Made by a program: the position numbers and the translations under genes
Part shown: positions 29,358-38,948 of the stretch, in pieces
Position numbering within the stretch: position 1 is the first letter of the stretch
Layout of the letters: every line of letters starts with the position of its first letter
NCBI GenBank assembly: GCA_017451505.1
Contig: JAFTOF010000002.1
Coordinates: 129,679-193,678, forward strand
DNA from: Clostridia bacterium
GTDB taxonomy: Bacteria; Bacillota; Clostridia; UMGS1883
Reading direction: 5' to 3'
DNA: 64,000 nucleotides
Notes under the pieces: model-generated
What the model saw: the letters and a program-made list of their open reading frames with translations, nothing else
The model's database searches: none
Told to the model about the DNA's origin: nothing

Positions 29358-32231
29358 ATGAAAAAATACATATTTGTTTTTACATTTTTGCTTTTGTGCC
29401 TTATGTCATTGTCGGCATCGGGACAGGATGATTTTCTTTATTCTTTCGAGAATCCGCAGGATGCACAAATGTGGGACGGCGGAGAAATTGACGATGGAAA
29501 TCAGTTTGACTTGGGATATTCAATTTTCGTATCGAATCCCTTTGGCGAAATAAGAAACGAAAAGATAACCCATGTTCTGGACTACTCCCCTACAATAAAG
29601 CTTGAAGGAGGAAAAGTGTATACCCTCAGTGGTATGGTTTTTAACCCGCTTGCTTCCTCCGACCCTTCCATACGCACAAGTGCTTCCCGATATCCCCGTT
29701 CTAATACGATTATTATCAGTGTAAGCGGAATCGGTGACAGCTGGGCTGAATTTACAACTACGTTTTTTGCAGATGAAAGCGGAGAATATAACCTCTCGAT
29801 TCATTTCGGGGGCGGTTTTGCAGATTTCGGCATTTTCGCAGATGAAATCAGCTTAACTAAAACGCCCTGCATTTTGTCGAGTCTTAATATTACAGGTGCC
29901 GACGAAATTACTATCCCTGCTGAAGGAAGCATAACAAATTATTACAGACCTTATATCATTACTTCGGAAAATAAAACCGTGGATATACTTACAAGCAGTA
30001 ATCTACACTTTTCACTAAGTGATGCTGTCGGAATTTCCTTTGACAATGAAAATTTTGCACTGACTACTTCATCCGAGGCTCTTCCCGATACTCAAATCGT
30101 TCTTAACTGCACTTTGAAAAATTATGAATTTCTTACGCCTGCATCATTTAAGATAAACCTTAAAAGCAATATGCTAAAAGATGATTTTAAAGACCTGTCA
30201 GATATTCCGTGGCACAGCTTATCGGACATAAAAGTAATTTTGGAGGATGGGCATCCCGTAATATCAGTTCCCATGAATGACTATGGGGATTTTGGCTATT
30301 TTTCAAAAATTATTTACAATGAACAGCTCGTTTTGATAGAGGATATCATGTACGTTATCCGTGCAAGGGTAAAGACTGATAATCCCTATGTGCTTCCTGC
30401 AATTTACGCAACAAATTCCTCCGAAATGAAAAACAGTATGGTCAATTTTTCCATTAAAGATATATCGGGAAGTGAGTGGAATGATGTTTTCATTGCTTTT
30501 ATCCCTGAGGCAAGCGGTATATACACCATTTCTCTTGACCTTTGTTCTACTTATGACTGCACGATTTTCATCGAAGATATTTCGCTGACTGCCGAAACAT
30601 CAAAACCTGAATATATTACTCTCCATGCACCGGGAAACATTGCTCTCCCAAATGAATTTGTGTCTTATCCCGTGACAGCACTTTTACGTGATCAGGCGGG
30701 AAACATTCTCCCGTCCGAGGATGTACAGGTTACTCTTTTAGAGCAAAACGACCACCTTGAATTTGACAGTGAAAAGAATTTAATTACAGTGCACCCTGAT
30801 TCTCCTGTGGGCGTATATACTCTTTATGCCCGTTATTTAAATGACCCCACAGTGAGCGGTAAGCTTAACTTTACCGTGAGCTATGATTACATCGGAGACG
30901 GAACCTTTGAAAAAACAGTCCCCAATCAATGGTGGATGACCTCGTCATCGTATGAGTGTGACCTTTACATGCGTTATGACGGGCAATCACGCAGAGCACT
31001 GATAAATTGCAGTGGCGGATACTTTATGCTCCTTAATAATTCTTACGTTCATTTATCCGAGGGAACACCGTATGTATTTAATTCTGCTTTTTCAACTCCC
31101 GTTGATGCTTTTGCAACATTATTCCTGGAAAAGCTTGATTCATCGGTTATGCCCCTGTGTCAGGTATTTATTCCTTCGGGAACTACGCTTGAAGAAGCAA
31201 GCTCTCCCGAGCTTTTCCTTGCAGAAGAAGATATGGTCGGAAGATTGTTTCTTTATATAGAATCGACAGAAGGAGAGTCTTTCTCAATATATGCCGATAA
31301 CCTTTCTCTTAAAAAAGCATCTATTATAGCGGTTAGTCCACGTGTTACTGGAATCCCCTATATAAACGGTGCTGTCGAAGCTCAATTCACGCTTTATAAC
31401 AACATTGCAGAAAACTCCGATAAGAGTGCGTGTGCGGTAAGCTGGTTTGTTTCCGATACTCAAAACGGGGAATATACAGATGTTTCCACAAGCGGAAGCA
31501 GTATATATTTCGATACTACGTTTCTAAATAAGTACGTGTATTTTGAAGTTACCCCGATTTGCCCGATAACAGGCTTTTCGGGAAACACCATACGCTCGCT
31601 TCCCTTTATTGTAACCTATGACCCTGCGGAAAACTCCTCTGATTTACCAATGTATACGCCTGCCCTTAAGGATAATTCTTCATCGGAATCGTACTTTTCC
31701 GATACACAAAATCACTGGAGCCGTGAATATGTGGATATTTTGGCATACAGCGGAATTGCAAACGGAAAAAGCAACGACACCTTTGCCCCCGATTCTCCCG
31801 TAACACGTGGAGAGTTTTCAAAGCTGCTTGCCGAAACCTTCTCCATAAATACAGTTTCCAACATATTTACTTTTGCCGATGTTCCTCAAAGCTCGTGGTA
31901 TTACAGATATATCAATTCTTTGTACCTCGCAGGTATAGTCAGCGGTGTTAGTGACAATATGTTCCTGCCTGACAACCCCATTTCAAGGGAGGAAGCCGCG
32001 GTAATGATTATGCGACTTTTTGACAGAGCGACAAACGACAAGGTAAGAAATACAGACATTCATTTCAGTGATGTTCAAAGCATTTCTCCATGGGCTTTGG
32101 AAGCAGTAAAAAAAGCGGTTTCCTTAGATATAATAAAAGGAACGCCCGAAGCTTGCTTTTACCCCAAAAACTTACTTACACGCGGCGAATCAGCGGCTCT
32201 CATTTGCAGATTGGCAGAAAAACTTGGATAA
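29358..32231 (+). CDS. Large cell-surface protein with three C-terminal S-layer-homology (SLH) repeats
   Basis: Signal peptide. AAGGAGG RBS before the ATG at 29358. The roughly 780-aa N-terminal region is beta-rich with no assignable catalytic motif. Three SLH repeats at the C-terminus: FSDTQNHWSREYVDILAYSGIANGKSNDTFAPDSPVTRGEF, FADVPQSSWYYRYINSLYLAGIVSGVSDNMFLPDNPISREEAA, and FSDVQSISPWALEAVKKAVSLDIIKGTPEACFYPKNLLTRGESA. Confidence 0.85.
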   Translation: MKKYIFVFTFLLLCLMSLSASGQDDFLYSFENPQDAQMWDGGEIDDGNQFDLGYSIFVSNPFGEIRNEKITHVLDYSPTIKLEGGKVYTLSGMVFNPLASSDPSIRTSASRYPRSNTIIISVSGIGDSWAEFTTTFFADESGEYNLSIHFGGGFADFGIFADEISLTKTPCILSSLNITGADEITIPAEGSITNYYRPYIITSENKTVDILTSSNLHFSLSDAVGISFDNENFALTTSSEALPDTQIVLNCTLKNYEFLTPASFKINLKSNMLKDDFKDLSDIPWHSLSDIKVILEDGHPVISVPMNDYGDFGYFSKIIYNEQLVLIEDIMYVIRARVKTDNPYVLPAIYATNSSEMKNSMVNFSIKDISGSEWNDVFIAFIPEASGIYTISLDLCSTYDCTIFIEDISLTAETSKPEYITLHAPGNIALPNEFVSYPVTALLRDQAGNILPSEDVQVTLLEQNDHLEFDSEKNLITVHPDSPVGVYTLYARYLNDPTVSGKLNFTVSYDYIGDGTFEKTVPNQWWMTSSSYECDLYMRYDGQSRRALINCSGGYFMLLNNSYVHLSEGTPYVFNSAFSTPVDAFATLFLEKLDSSVMPLCQVFIPSGTTLEEASSPELFLAEEDMVGRLFLYIESTEGESFSIYADNLSLKKASIIAVSPRVTGIPYINGAVEAQFTLYNNIAENSDKSACAVSWFVSDTQNGEYTDVSTSGSSIYFDTTFLNKYVYFEVTPICPITGFSGNTIRSLPFIVTYDPAENSSDLPMYTPALKDNSSSESYFSDTQNHWSREYVDILAYSGIANGKSNDTFAPDSPVTRGEFSKLLAETFSINTVSNIFTFADVPQSSWYYRYINSLYLAGIVSGVSDNMFLPDNPISREEAAVMIMRLFDRATNDKVRNTDIHFSDVQSISPWALEAVKKAVSLDIIKGTPEACFYPKNLLTRGESAALICRLAEKLG

Positions 32232-32255
32232 AAACATTTACTTTATCCAAGTTTT
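32213..32255. terminator. Terminator hairpin at the end of the SLH gene
   Basis: cttggataaa aacatttac tttatccaag, followed by a T-run. Confidence 0.55.
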
Positions 32256-32287
32256 TTGATATACTTTTCCTAAAGGAGTGATTCATA

Positions 32288-33142
32288 ATGATTACATTGA
32301 AAAATGAAATATTGACAGTTCAGATTAACGAAATCGGTGCTGAAATTAAAAGCGTCACTAAAGACGGCGGTATGAACTTGATGTGGCCCGGAAAGCCTGA
32401 GGTATGGAACAATACTGCACCCCTTATGTTCCCCATCTGCGGAGGACTTAAAGAGGATAAATATATCTTGGACGGAAAAGAATACACTCTCCCCAAGCAC
32501 GGCTTTACGAGAAATGCTCTCTTTACTGTGGAGGAGGCTACTGATACAAAGGCAGTATTTCTTTTAAAAGAAAGCGAAGAAACCTTAAAGGGATTTCCGT
32601 TTAAATTTGAGCTTCGTGTTATATATACCATTGAATGTGCTTCAATAAAGATTGAGTACAAGGTAGACAATAAAGATAATAGGACCATGTATTTTTCCAT
32701 AGGCTCACACGAAGCATATTATACCCCCGAAGGCATTGAGGATTACGACGTAATTTTTCCGCAGAAGGAAACTCTGGATGCGTCATATCTTTACGGAAAC
32801 ATTGTTGCAAACAGAGGACAAAGAATTATTACAGATTCAGATACCATTGCCCTTTATGATAAGTATTTTACAATTGATGCACTTGTGTTCAGAACTCTTA
32901 AATCACGCAGTGCAACGCTCCGCAACCGAAAGACGGGACGACAGGTAAAGGTGGATTTCCCCTTTGCAAACTACTTCCTTCTCTGGCATAAGCACGGTGC
33001 ACCGTACATATGTCTTGAGCCTTGGTCTGGAATACCCGATATTGAGGGAAGCGATTATGACATTACTCATAAGGAGGGTATAACTGCACTTGAGGCAGGA
33101 AAAACCTATCTTGGAGAGCATACTATTACATATATAGATTGA
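32288..33142 (+). CDS. Aldose 1-epimerase family protein (galactose-mutarotase-like, LacX/YihR type)
   Basis: Family-typical N-terminus (ITLKNEILTVQINEIGAEIKS), plus the conserved PICGGL and HGF motifs. Confidence 0.8.
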   Translation: MITLKNEILTVQINEIGAEIKSVTKDGGMNLMWPGKPEVWNNTAPLMFPICGGLKEDKYILDGKEYTLPKHGFTRNALFTVEEATDTKAVFLLKESEETLKGFPFKFELRVIYTIECASIKIEYKVDNKDNRTMYFSIGSHEAYYTPEGIEDYDVIFPQKETLDASYLYGNIVANRGQRIITDSDTIALYDKYFTIDALVFRTLKSRSATLRNRKTGRQVKVDFPFANYFLLWHKHGAPYICLEPWSGIPDIEGSDYDITHKEGITALEAGKTYLGEHTITYID

Positions 33143-33149
33143 CAATAGC

Positions 33150-33195
33150 AAAACAACAGGTGTAAAAAGTTTCACACTTTTTACACCTGTTGTTT
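33150..33195. terminator. Bidirectional terminator hairpin
   Basis: aaacaacaggtgtaaaaagt ttcac actttttacacctgttgttt, a perfect 20-bp stem. Confidence 0.65.
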
Positions 33196-34123
33196 ATATA
33201 AGGGTCTCTACTGTCACTTCTCTATAATACTTTTCTACCAGCTCACGCGATACAAATCCTGTTTCTTCAAACTGTGTGTTTGCCGTACCCGAAGCCATTC
33301 CGAGATGAATTGCATCTATAGCATCCATTCCCCGGCTCAGTCCTACGGCAATGCCTGCTACAGAACTGTCCCCTGAGCCTACTGCATTTTTTACCATGAC
33401 GCAGGGAGAGCTAAATTTATGAAATTTTTCACCGATATATGCCATTGCTCCATCCTTACCAAGGGTAATAAGCGGAATCTCAATCCCCCTATTTTTCATA
33501 AAAATAAGTGCTTCTTTTACATCATCCTGAGAACTGATTTCCTTTCCCATAAGAACAGAAAGTTCATACCTGTTGGGTTTTATCATAAAGGGCTTCTCAT
33601 CAATTATCTTGCCTAAAACCCTTTCGCTTGCATCAGCAATAACTCTCTTTCCTGCTTCTTTACATAAGCGGATAACTTTTGCGTAAAAGCTTTCATCAAG
33701 CCCCTGAGGTAAGCTCCCCGAAATACAGATAACGTCGTACTCGGAAAGCCGTTTAGAAAATTCACTGAAAAACACTTCTTTTTCTGTCTGCGTAATTTGC
33801 GGTCCCTTTTCTAAAATCTCGCCGGATTTTCCTTGTGAATCGGAAATATTGACGCATATTCGTGTTTCGCCGCTTATTGGGGTAAAGGCTGTCCTGATTC
33901 CCAGTTTCTCAATTTCGGCTTTTATATATTCACCGTTAAAACCGCCTGCAAAGCCCATTGCAAGAACTTCCTCATTAAGAATATGAGAAACACGTGCAAC
34001 GTTAAGACCTTTTCCGCCTGCGGAGCATACTACTTTTTCGGGACGGTGAATTTCACCCATTTTAAATTCGTCTACAAAATATACCCTGTCAATAGTAGGG
34101 TTAGGAGTAATTGTCAGTATCAT
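33194..34123 (-). CDS. PfkB-family hexose-phosphate kinase (1-phosphofructokinase or tagatose-6-phosphate kinase type)
   Basis: MILTITPNPTIDR, GGKGLNVA, and the C-terminal GSGDSSVAGI ribokinase-fold anion-hole motif. Confidence 0.85.
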   Translation of the reverse strand: MILTITPNPTIDRVYFVDEFKMGEIHRPEKVVCSAGGKGLNVARVSHILNEEVLAMGFAGGFNGEYIKAEIEKLGIRTAFTPISGETRICVNISDSQGKSGEILEKGPQITQTEKEVFFSEFSKRLSEYDVICISGSLPQGLDESFYAKVIRLCKEAGKRVIADASERVLGKIIDEKPFMIKPNRYELSVLMGKEISSQDDVKEALIFMKNRGIEIPLITLGKDGAMAYIGEKFHKFSSPCVMVKNAVGSGDSSVAGIAVGLSRGMDAIDAIHLGMASGTANTQFEETGFVSRELVEKYYREVTVETLI

Positions 34124-34188
34124 AATTTATCACCGTCTTAATTTTCTCTTATTTTTGGGAAAATGTCAAGTCTTTTTCTTTTTCTTCA

Positions 34189-34857
34189 TCAGTTAAAAGA
34201 AGGTGCCTTCACGTCCGTTTTTGCAAAGGGGTTATCCGCAGGTGATGGCTCGGACATACTGAAGTACATTTTTGCTGCCTTTGTAGTGCCATAGTCGCGG
34301 TTACTTCCGCTGTTTTGCACCTTGTTAAAGGCTTCTCGGAACATAGCATTATGAGCTTCCTCACGCTCTAAGAGGAAATTAATTGTTTCACGGACTTTTT
34401 TGTCGTTAATCTGTCTGTACAAATACTCATAAACCACTTTTGCACGCTGCTCAGAGGCAATATTTGAAAGAAGGTCGGCACACAAATCCCCCGTGACTGT
34501 TACATAGTCGGCAGTCCATGAATAACCGGAAGCATTGATAAGGCCGGGATTTAACCCAAGCTGCACATGTGTTTGAACCTCCCCTGCCGGTACGCCTTCA
34601 TAATTAAGGTCGTGACCGTTCAGGAGATTAATAGTCTGTGAAATCATTTCAAGGTGGCTAAGCTCTTCTGCCGCTATATCTAAAAATAAATCCTTGATTT
34701 CGGGGTCTTTGATTCGGAAGCTTTGGGACATATACTGCATTGCTGCCTTCAGTTCGCCGTTTCCTCCGCCGAGCTGTTCATGAAGCAGTGCCGCATACTG
34801 CGGATTGGGTTTTTCAAATTCCACGGGATGAAATAACATTTTTTCGTGTTTGAACAT
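34189..34857 (-). CDS. Manganese catalase family protein (CotJC/YjqC-like)
   Basis: MFKHEKMLFHPVEFEKPNPQYAALLHEQLGGGNGELKAAMQYMSQSF and AAEELSHLEMI carry the di-Mn-ligating glutamate and histidine motifs. A GTGAGGT RBS precedes the internal ATG. The ORF-track N-terminal extension is rejected. Confidence 0.85.
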   Translation of the reverse strand: MFKHEKMLFHPVEFEKPNPQYAALLHEQLGGGNGELKAAMQYMSQSFRIKDPEIKDLFLDIAAEELSHLEMISQTINLLNGHDLNYEGVPAGEVQTHVQLGLNPGLINASGYSWTADYVTVTGDLCADLLSNIASEQRAKVVYEYLYRQINDKKVRETINFLLEREEAHNAMFREAFNKVQNSGSNRDYGTTKAAKMYFSMSEPSPADNPFAKTDVKAPSFN

Positions 34858-34961
34858 AAAATTTACCTCACTTTCTACTGATATTATTTTCCATGAGATA
34901 AAATTTATGCACATAAAAAGAGGATGTGAAAAAGTCAGAAACTTTTTCACATCCTCAAATT

Positions 34962-36260
34962 TTACTTTTGTCTTTGTTTTGCTTCCTCAAGCTTTATATG
35001 ACGACGCATTTTAACCTCGTCGCTCATGGGCTTGATATCGCCTGAAGCCTGAAGAGCCATGCGTGTAAGCACAGGACCGAACAATTCATAAATAAGCACT
35101 GCAAAAAGTGTGATGTTACGAATGAGCACACCGGCTTCACCAAATTCTGCCGATGCAATTGTACACATACCGAGTGCAACACCTGCCTGAGGCAAAAGGG
35201 TAATACCTAAATACTTACAAATTTCGGGAGAACACTTAGTCATTTTAGCACTGATAAATGTTCCCATATATTTACCCAGGGAGCGGAAAAGAATGTAAAC
35301 CACACCGATAAGCACGATTGCACCCTGAGCAAATACTCCGAGCTCAAGCTCCGCACCGCTGATTACGAAGAAAAGTGCAAAAAGCGGTGATGTCCATCTG
35401 TCTGCTTTATCCATAAGGTCATGAGAAAGCGGACATGTATTACAGAACACAGTTCCCAGCATCATACATACAAGAAGCGAGGAAAAGCCCACATGTACAG
35501 GGCCTATTTCAAACTTTATCATAGAAAGAGCCACTGTAAGAAGCACGAAAGTAATCGTCATATTAAGACGGTTGGTATTGGAATTAAACATTTTTTCAAG
35601 CTGAGTAAGAATCCAGCCCATAACTGCACCCAGTATAAGCGAACATACAATTTCAGCCAAAGGATTTACGATAATTGAAATCATATCTACACTACCGGTG
35701 GTGAGAGTTTTTGCAATTCCGAAAGATACTGCAAAAACTATAAGTCCAACAGCATCATCAAGTGCAACAATGGGAAGAAGCAAATCGGTAAGCTTTCCCT
35801 TTGCCTTGTACTGACGTACAACCATAAGAGTTGCAGCAGGGGCGGTAGCAGTTGCTATTGCACCTAATGTAATTGCCTGTGAAACGGAAATCACATCAGG
35901 CATCATTTTATGTACGGCGAAAAGTGCCAAATCCACAAAAAGAGTGGCTACAAGTGCCTGAAAAATTCCTATTACAAAAGCCTGCTTGCCAATGTGCCTT
36001 ATATCCTCCATACGGAACTCATTTCCTATCGAAAAAGCAATGAATCCAAGTGCTACCTGTGAAATAAGCGAAAGAGCATGGACAGACTCCATACTGTTAA
36101 AACCAAGTCCTTCAATTCCAAGCATACCCATACAATAGGGACCTATCAGCACGCCTGCGATAAGATACGCAGTAACAGACGGAAGCTTAAGGGGCTTGAA
36201 TGCCCTTGTCATCATAAGACCTGCCAAAAGAGCTATTGAAACCGACAATAATGTACTCAT
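34962..36260 (-). CDS. CPA2-family monovalent cation:proton antiporter (KefB/NapA-like membrane domain, no RCK domain)
   Basis: 12-13 TM helices and an N-terminal region typical of CPA2 (LIAGVLIGPYCMGMLGI). The start is set at MSTLL because the ORF-track N-terminal extension would translate through the structured leader. Confidence 0.8.
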   Translation of the reverse strand: MSTLLSVSIALLAGLMMTRAFKPLKLPSVTAYLIAGVLIGPYCMGMLGIEGLGFNSMESVHALSLISQVALGFIAFSIGNEFRMEDIRHIGKQAFVIGIFQALVATLFVDLALFAVHKMMPDVISVSQAITLGAIATATAPAATLMVVRQYKAKGKLTDLLLPIVALDDAVGLIVFAVSFGIAKTLTTGSVDMISIIVNPLAEIVCSLILGAVMGWILTQLEKMFNSNTNRLNMTITFVLLTVALSMIKFEIGPVHVGFSSLLVCMMLGTVFCNTCPLSHDLMDKADRWTSPLFALFFVISGAELELGVFAQGAIVLIGVVYILFRSLGKYMGTFISAKMTKCSPEICKYLGITLLPQAGVALGMCTIASAEFGEAGVLIRNITLFAVLIYELFGPVLTRMALQASGDIKPMSDEVKMRRHIKLEEAKQRQK

Positions 36261-36566
36261 AAAAACTACTTCTTTCTGTAAATAATTTATTGGCGTGACA
36301 GTAGTTATCCGAACCCGCCTGAAGCGGTGGAATTTCGGCATCTTTTAACTTATCGTCCTTAAAAGGCACAAAGCCTATCTTCGTCCTCTGCGTCAAAATC
36401 TGCTCAAAATTTCACCCGTTTCAGGTTCGCAGAATTTTTTTACAAACTATTTTTTGTCGATACAAGGCAAAAACGCAGCCCATACTGTCGTATGGGTATG
36501 GTTTTTGACGCAGTAGCGACAGAAAAGAGGAAGTAAAAACGAGGTTCGGATAGCTCCTGTCACGCT
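36261..36566 (-). ncRNA. Structured ~300-nt 5' leader or element with a 23-bp long-range inverted repeat at its ends; candidate cis-regulatory RNA or MITE-like insert
   Basis: Plus-strand 36292-36314 gcgtgacagtagttatccgaacc pairs with 36544-36566 ggttcggatagctcctgtcacgc (21 of 23 complementary). A second nested inverted repeat is ctgcgtcaaaa (36396) with ttttgacgcag (36503). An internal hairpin is cccatacgacagtatggg. The element is transcribed from a TTGACA-17-TATTAT promoter on the minus strand directly at its upstream end. Confidence 0.4.
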
Positions 36567-36597
36567 AACCTATACTATAATAGTTAATAGGGAAAGT
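36567..36597 (-). promoter_or_regulatory. Sigma-A-like promoter driving the structured leader and the antiporter
   Basis: Minus-sense TTGACA, spacer aaactttccctattaac (17 nt), then TATTAT. It overlaps the 3' end of trkA. Confidence 0.45.
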
Positions 36598-36622
36598 TTT
36601 GTCAAGAGTAATTTTCAATCAA

Positions 36623-37273
36623 TTACTTAATTTTATCAAGCTTCAAAGTATCGGCAATAACGATAAGGGTCATTGATTTGTCAAGAGGCACTGTCGGGTC
36701 TACGGATACGTTTACATCATCACCCTCTTTTACTGCCACAACGTTAATGGAATATTTCTTGCGGAGATTAAGCTCTATAAGACTCTTTCCTTCCCAGGAG
36801 GGCAAAACCTCAAACTCTACCATGGAAACATTCTTGGAAAGCTCTATAACATCCACAAAACCACTGCTTAAAAGATTTTTTGCAAGCCTTGTTCCCGATT
36901 CGCTTTCGGGAAGCACAACCTTATCCGCACCCACACGCAGAAGCACCTTTTTGTGCATTTCCGAGGAGCATTTTGCAATGACGGTTTCCACGCCTGCCTC
37001 TTTGCAGAGAGTGGTTGCCATAACGCTGGCTTCAAGGCAGCTTGCCATGGCAATAATCACCACATCAAAATTAGATATACCAAGCTGCTTTATAACGTTT
37101 GCATCGGTGACATCTGCACATTTGCAAATCGGAATATCTTCTATGGCGTTATTTACCACACTTTCACGGCTGTCAACGGCAAGCACCTCTGCACCGTTTC
37201 GCACAAGCTCGGAAGCAACAGCTCTGCCGTATCTTCCAAGGCCAAATACTGCATACGATTTATTAATACTCAT
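36623..37273 (-). CDS. trkA: Potassium uptake system NAD-binding subunit TrkA/KtrA
   Basis: VFGLGRYGRAVASEL Rossmann-fold motif (TrkA-N) followed by a TrkA-C domain. Length 216 aa. Confidence 0.9.
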   Translation of the reverse strand: MSINKSYAVFGLGRYGRAVASELVRNGAEVLAVDSRESVVNNAIEDIPICKCADVTDANVIKQLGISNFDVVIIAMASCLEASVMATTLCKEAGVETVIAKCSSEMHKKVLLRVGADKVVLPESESGTRLAKNLLSSGFVDVIELSKNVSMVEFEVLPSWEGKSLIELNLRKKYSINVVAVKEGDDVNVSVDPTVPLDKSMTLIVIADTLKLDKIK

Positions 37274-37284
37274 AAATAATTCTC

Positions 37285-38646
37285 CTATCCTACTCTTACA
37301 TCTTCTGTGGGGTTTTTAATGATGTTTTCATTTTTTCTTTTTAATCCGAATAAAACTGCAAAGGAAATCGGACCCACTCTTCCGAAGTACATAGTAACAA
37401 TGATAATGATTTTGCCCCAAAAATCAAGCATGGGAGTTAAGTTTCTGGAAAGTCCTACGGTTGCTGCTGCACTTACCGATTCATACATAACATCAAGAAG
37501 TGCAAAACCCGACACAGCCGAAAGCAAAAGTGTTGAAACAAATACCGTTACAAAGGACATACACACCACACCTACAGCCTTACCTACAGCCTGTTTTGAA
37601 AGAGTTCTTCCAAAAATATTTATCTCATTTTTGTTCTTCACAGTACTGCGTGCAGTTGCAAGAAGCACTGCTAAGGTAACGGTTTTTATTCCGCCTGCCG
37701 TTCCCACAGGGCTTCCGCCGATAAACATCAGAAGAAGTGATACAAGCGATGATGCATCGGTAAGATTTTGTTGGGGAATAGTGGCAAATCCTGCCGTTCT
37801 TGTAGTTACCGACTGAAACAATGAAAGCTGGATTTTATCAAAGGCTGAATACCCTTTCATTGTTTCAGGATTATTGTATTCAAAAGCCAAAAACATCACC
37901 GCACCCAGCACTATAAGAAATGCCGTCATAGACAGTGCTATTTTGCTGTGCAGGGAAAGTGCCCTGATACATCTTCCCTTATGTTTTCCAAATCTTTTAA
38001 AGGTTTTGATAACATCCCACCATACGACAAAGCCGAGTCCTCCCAGAATAATAAGCATACAGGTTACTGCGTTTACCAAAGGATTTGTTGCATAGTCGCA
38101 CAAGCTGTTTTCAGAAATTATATCTATTCCTGCATTGCAAAATGCAGAAATACTGTTAAAAACAGATATCCATATCCCCTTGATGCCGAAATCGGGTACA
38201 AATACGCACATATAAAGCAGTGCACCTATTCCCTCCACGATAAATGTTCCTTTTATGACCTTTTTTACAAACTTTACTACACCTGATATGGAATTGAGAT
38301 TAAAAGCATCCTGAAGAAGGATTCTGTCTGAAAGCCCCATCTTCTTTTGAAGAAGAATCATCAGCATAGACATAACGGTTATTATTCCAAGACCTCCGAT
38401 TTGTATCAGGCAAAGTATCACCGCATGACCGAAAGGGCTCCATGCGGTAACTGTAGGAAGCGTTACAAGCCCCGTAACACATACTGATGTGGTGGAGGTA
38501 AAAAGTGCATCTATATAGCTTACCGATTTACCTGACGCCGAGCTTATTGGTAGATACAAAAGCACGCTGCCGATAACTATAGTAAAAAGAAAGCTTAACA
38601 AAATAAGCTGAGTCGTTGTAAGTTTTAAGGTTCGTTTCTTAGCCAT
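37285..38646 (-). CDS. trkH: Potassium uptake system membrane subunit TrkH/KtrB
   Basis: Polytopic protein with repeated selectivity-filter-like GLG/GGS motifs (QIGGLGIIT, GGSPVGTAGGIK). Own promoter TTGACA-17-TATATT at about 38660-38690. Confidence 0.9.
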   Translation of the reverse strand: MAKKRTLKLTTTQLILLSFLFTIVIGSVLLYLPISSASGKSVSYIDALFTSTTSVCVTGLVTLPTVTAWSPFGHAVILCLIQIGGLGIITVMSMLMILLQKKMGLSDRILLQDAFNLNSISGVVKFVKKVIKGTFIVEGIGALLYMCVFVPDFGIKGIWISVFNSISAFCNAGIDIISENSLCDYATNPLVNAVTCMLIILGGLGFVVWWDVIKTFKRFGKHKGRCIRALSLHSKIALSMTAFLIVLGAVMFLAFEYNNPETMKGYSAFDKIQLSLFQSVTTRTAGFATIPQQNLTDASSLVSLLLMFIGGSPVGTAGGIKTVTLAVLLATARSTVKNKNEINIFGRTLSKQAVGKAVGVVCMSFVTVFVSTLLLSAVSGFALLDVMYESVSAAATVGLSRNLTPMLDFWGKIIIIVTMYFGRVGPISFAVLFGLKRKNENIIKNPTEDVRVG

Positions 38647-38765
38647 GCCTTCACCCCTCTTTATTAAAATATAACTCTTTCGGGAGCATTTGTCAACACG
38701 AAAAAGGAGCTATGGAAAAAATGAATATTTATCATTCTCCCACAGCTCCTTCTGTAATTTTTCGC

Positions 38766-38924
38766 TTATTCCTCCGAGAAGGATTCCTTGCCCACTCCGC
38801 AAAGAGGACATACAAAATCCTCAGGAAGGTCTTCAAACTTTGTGCCGGGAGCGATGCCCTGTTCGGGAACACCTGCCTCCTCGTCGTAGACCCAGCCGCA
38901 AACTTCACATACATACTTTTTCAT
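38766..38924 (-). CDS. rd: Rubredoxin (52 aa); missed by the ORF track because it is under 60 aa
   Basis: The translation [52 protein letters not shown] has both CxxCG knuckles. A GGAGGT RBS sits immediately downstream of the flavodiiron gene. The listed 60-aa ORF (38732..38914) is the wrong frame of this gene. Confidence 0.85.
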   Translation of the reverse strand: MKKYVCEVCGWVYDEEAGVPEQGIAPGTKFEDLPEDFVCPLCGVGKESFSEE

Positions 38925-38948
38925 AATAATATACCTCCAAAAATAATT

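Noticed and set aside
36292-36566. Identification of the trkA-antiporter intergenic element as a ydaO/c-di-AMP, Mn2+ (yybP-ykoY) or 6S RNA
   Set aside because: Only loose motif resemblance (ACGGGUGAAAU, CCGAACC, CAGUAGCG). The element order and spacing do not match my recollection of those consensus structures. It is kept as an unclassified structured element pending a covariance-model search.
36678-37319. 213-aa plus-strand ORF opposite trkA, and similar antisense ORFs opposite tal (21576..22136), phoH (59011..59814), purC (18713..19441) and the ligase gene (15251..15916)
   Set aside because: They are mirror-frame ORFs inside confidently assigned genes. No RBS and no domain signal.
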